DNA of 64,000 nucleotides from Gekko japonicus. Its lineage: Eukaryota. How positions within the stretch are numbered: the stretch's first letter is position 1; the number at the start of each line of letters is the position of its first letter. The DNA lies in contig NW_015172592.1 in assembly GCF_001447785.1 (NCBI RefSeq), forward strand, positions 445,542 through 509,541, given 5' to 3'. Made by a program: the position numbers and the translations under genes. Positions 61,066 through 64,000 of the stretch are shown here, piece by piece. The notes under the pieces were generated by a model. It did no database searches and had not been told where the DNA came from. It saw only the letters and a program-made list of their open reading frames with translations.

Positions 61066-64000
61066 TACCTTACATAATCATATGAGGTTTGTAAACAAAA
61101 CATACATCTTTATACTCTTTTAAGCTACTATTTATATGTATCCCTATTCAAATAGTGCAGAGTTAAAGATGCGCAACCATGAAGCCCTCACTTTTGGCAA
61201 AGTGACAAAATACACATTCACCAAATGTTGACTTCCACAGTTCACATCACTTGCACCTCTCAGTCTTCAAGGACCTACAAATTACAGCTGTTGAAGCTTT
61301 TGCATAACCTAAACTTTTAGCTCTAAAGAACTTTTACCTGTCTTGGTTTATTTACATTAATGGTAATAGAGTGGCTCATTATTTATACTAGTTGTTAAAC
61401 AGTAATATGGCTATTTTAGGAATTATAATACTCTCTAAGCAAATGCATATCTGAACTGATGCGACACTAGACAAATTTGCTGAGTTATTTCCACATCATA
61501 TAAAACAGTACTGTTAATTAATGGAGACTTTCCATTAAGCTGGTTTTTAAACTCTATTCTTCCTATTTGATTATTTTACATTACAGCAAGTTTTTATTTT
61601 GTTTTGTTTGCAACTTGGATCATATGTAAAAAAAACATTTTTCCAATACCTTGGTGGATGAGCTTTATGGGTTCCAAAAACTTTTAAGAAGTCTAGTTCC
61701 TAAAACTTACTAAACCAAATTAGCCAGTGCTCAGGACAGCAGCTCTACAGTTGAAGTAAAAAATTTAAGGCACAAAGAGACCTCAGCAACTATAAGCAGA
61801 TTCATTTCATACATTTTAAAGCCAAGTAGAATTTCTAGGATTTCAAACAAATCAATCATACTCTTTCAGAAACCATGCATTAGCTAGAGATGGTTGGCAA
61901 AATTATCAACATGCTGATATACATTACGCACTTTCCCCCTATTTGGATTTACCTCTCTGGCTCCGTTTCTCTATATGCAGTGAATCCTAAATGCAACATT
62001 AATTCAGCGACATAGGGTCTGGAGTCATTCTGTAACCTTGTGAACATACAGAACATCTATCACGTTTATCTAGACACAAAGAAAACTAAAATCCTCAAGA
62101 CATATAGGCATACTGTATAACAAGATTTTTACTATTTTTAATCTGGCTGCCTAGTTCTTAGCCCACCTAACACTGATGTTGTGGAAGGAACTCATAATTT
62201 AACTTCATAAGGCGCATGAAGGTGAGTGTTTATGACCTCTGTGGAATGGGATTTCCTTTCAGAAGCCAAGACCTTAACTGAGGGTTCTTAACTAACTCCT
62301 GTATAGAAGCTACCATTGGGACAGAGGTTTGCTATGGTGGGCCAAGATCAAAAAGAAGCCACCTGGACTCTGTGATAAGTTATGTGTGTACCAACAGATA
62401 GGTCAATGCATGATCTCAAGTAGGGTTCTTAAACAAAGGCAAAGTCAGTGACAAAGCACCTTCTTACACAAGAGCAGTGTGCCGCTTTGATGCTTCTACT
62501 AACTCTCACATACCTTGACCTGCACATAATAATATTGAGGGAGGGTGATGATAATGTTAACGGACCATCATGTCCCATACAGTAGCTACAAGGTCAACTG
62601 GGGGGGGGGGCTGAATATACTACGAATCCAAAACAGAAGTGCACATTTAATAATCTGCTTGAAACTTTTATAATCAAAATTTAGATAGGTTCTTGTATAT
62701 GTGAAAGTGAGTTACAGTCTCCCTAGAAGTGAGTATTATAACTGTCTTCTGCAGAAGTTTTATCAGGCCCTATATCTGTCTTCCTAGCAATGCTGTAAGA
62801 AGCACTGCTTAATTCATTAATATGAGCTGTCATCTCAAAAGGTAAACTGAATGCATTTGAAATAGAACATGATACCACAAAGTAGTTCTTGAGAAAGAAC
62901 ATTAAACATTTAAGGTAAAAGTATATACATTTCAGTGTAGAATGAAGCACTAAATCAACTAAAACCTGTTTCTGACAGACTAGTGATGAATTACGGGATT
63001 TTCACTAATCCTCAAATAAACAAAGTGAACACTGTTCTTGAAGCAGGACCTGCCTGTTAACTCATACAGCACAGATTGTGTTCCTCTGCTGGAAAATGTA
63101 ATATTTCCTTGATTGTCAGGAGACTGAAACACTATGTTTTCCAGCTGCCCTTTGTGTAAGCACACAGAGTAAAGACAAATTATGTGGCAAAAGACGTAAG
63201 AGCAGAAAGCACCAATCAGACACACAAAATACTCAACTCAACATTTGCAACAGAAAAATACATAAAGTTGGGGTTATTTTATTTTAAAATATAGAAGAGA
63301 ATGTTTCCATCACCAATGACCAGAATCTAAAGATTCCTTAGTAATTGCAAGCTACTTACCTCCATTTGAAACCCCAAGAGGCTTCTGACACCTTTAACTC
63401 TCAAATTAATTGTGGTGTATGCTTTAAAAAGCAAGATGAATTACATATATTAATATGTAAAGAAGAACAATTACTTTGTGCTATGAGCCACTCCTGGTCC
63501 CTACTAATAGAACAAACTACATGATAATTTTTCCCTGCAGCAACATGGCAGTTTCCCCAACTGCTGTAGGACCCAATTCTGATTGGTACTGCAGTTTTGG
63601 GGGATAAGGAGCTCCAGCCACCCCTACCATGCCATTTTCCCAAAGTGAAAGTGTGAGACAATGCTTTTGCCCTTTTGTGCTCTGGAAAGTGAGTCAGACT
63701 GGGGAAGCCCTAACCAAAGTTGTTTTAAAAGGGGATTGTATAGTTTGGTCTTAAGGCCAATCACAAGGGTTTTTATAGCAAATGAATACTTATTTGTTTC
63801 TTCTACACCTTTGTCCCAAAGGGAACCAAGGCAGATTAGCCCTGCAAGATAGACATAAGCACCTTCACTTAGCCTGTCTTTTCCCCCTATCCAGGGCCGA
63901 CAACAGCATGCAGTGGGGAAGTGGAACGGTTAAAACCATTCTGTCTTCCACACCACAGCCCCAAATATATAAATATGCATTGTTAAAAAGGATGGGAAGA

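Overview
Vertebrate genomic DNA, almost certainly a squamate reptile and probably a gecko (inferred from Sauria/Squam-type SINEs, BovB, squamate CR1 3' ends and the TAGGGTTGCC hAT MITEs). The whole window lies inside the minus-strand ROR2 receptor tyrosine kinase gene: exon 2 (27314-27391, 78 nt), exon 3 (2964-3251, 288 nt, Ig domain) and exon 4 (1231-1261, 31 nt), all with canonical AG/GT borders. Exon 1 lies beyond 64000 and exon 5 before base 1. The introns are packed with often nested mobile elements: L2, CR1, BovB, a Neptune-type Penelope element, a decayed DIRS retrotransposon, hAT and Harbinger MITEs with clear TSDs, non-autonomous Helitrons, SINEs and probable solo LTRs. The most notable signals are: (i) three 1.6-2.2 kb polyadenylated retroposons with L1-like 5' ends and no reverse transcriptase. 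Two encode decayed L1 ORF1p only (HAL1-like). The third is young, has a perfect 16-bp TSD and an intact 199-aa ORF of unclear identity, and sits in a Penelope-type hammerhead ribozyme motif. (ii) A hammerhead core with a 9-bp stem III downstream of the Neptune ORF. (iii) A perfect pre-miRNA-sized intronic hairpin. (iv) An exact 51-bp locally templated copy inside a Harbinger element. Family names come from motif recognition, not database searches; most ORFs in the supplied track are spurious.
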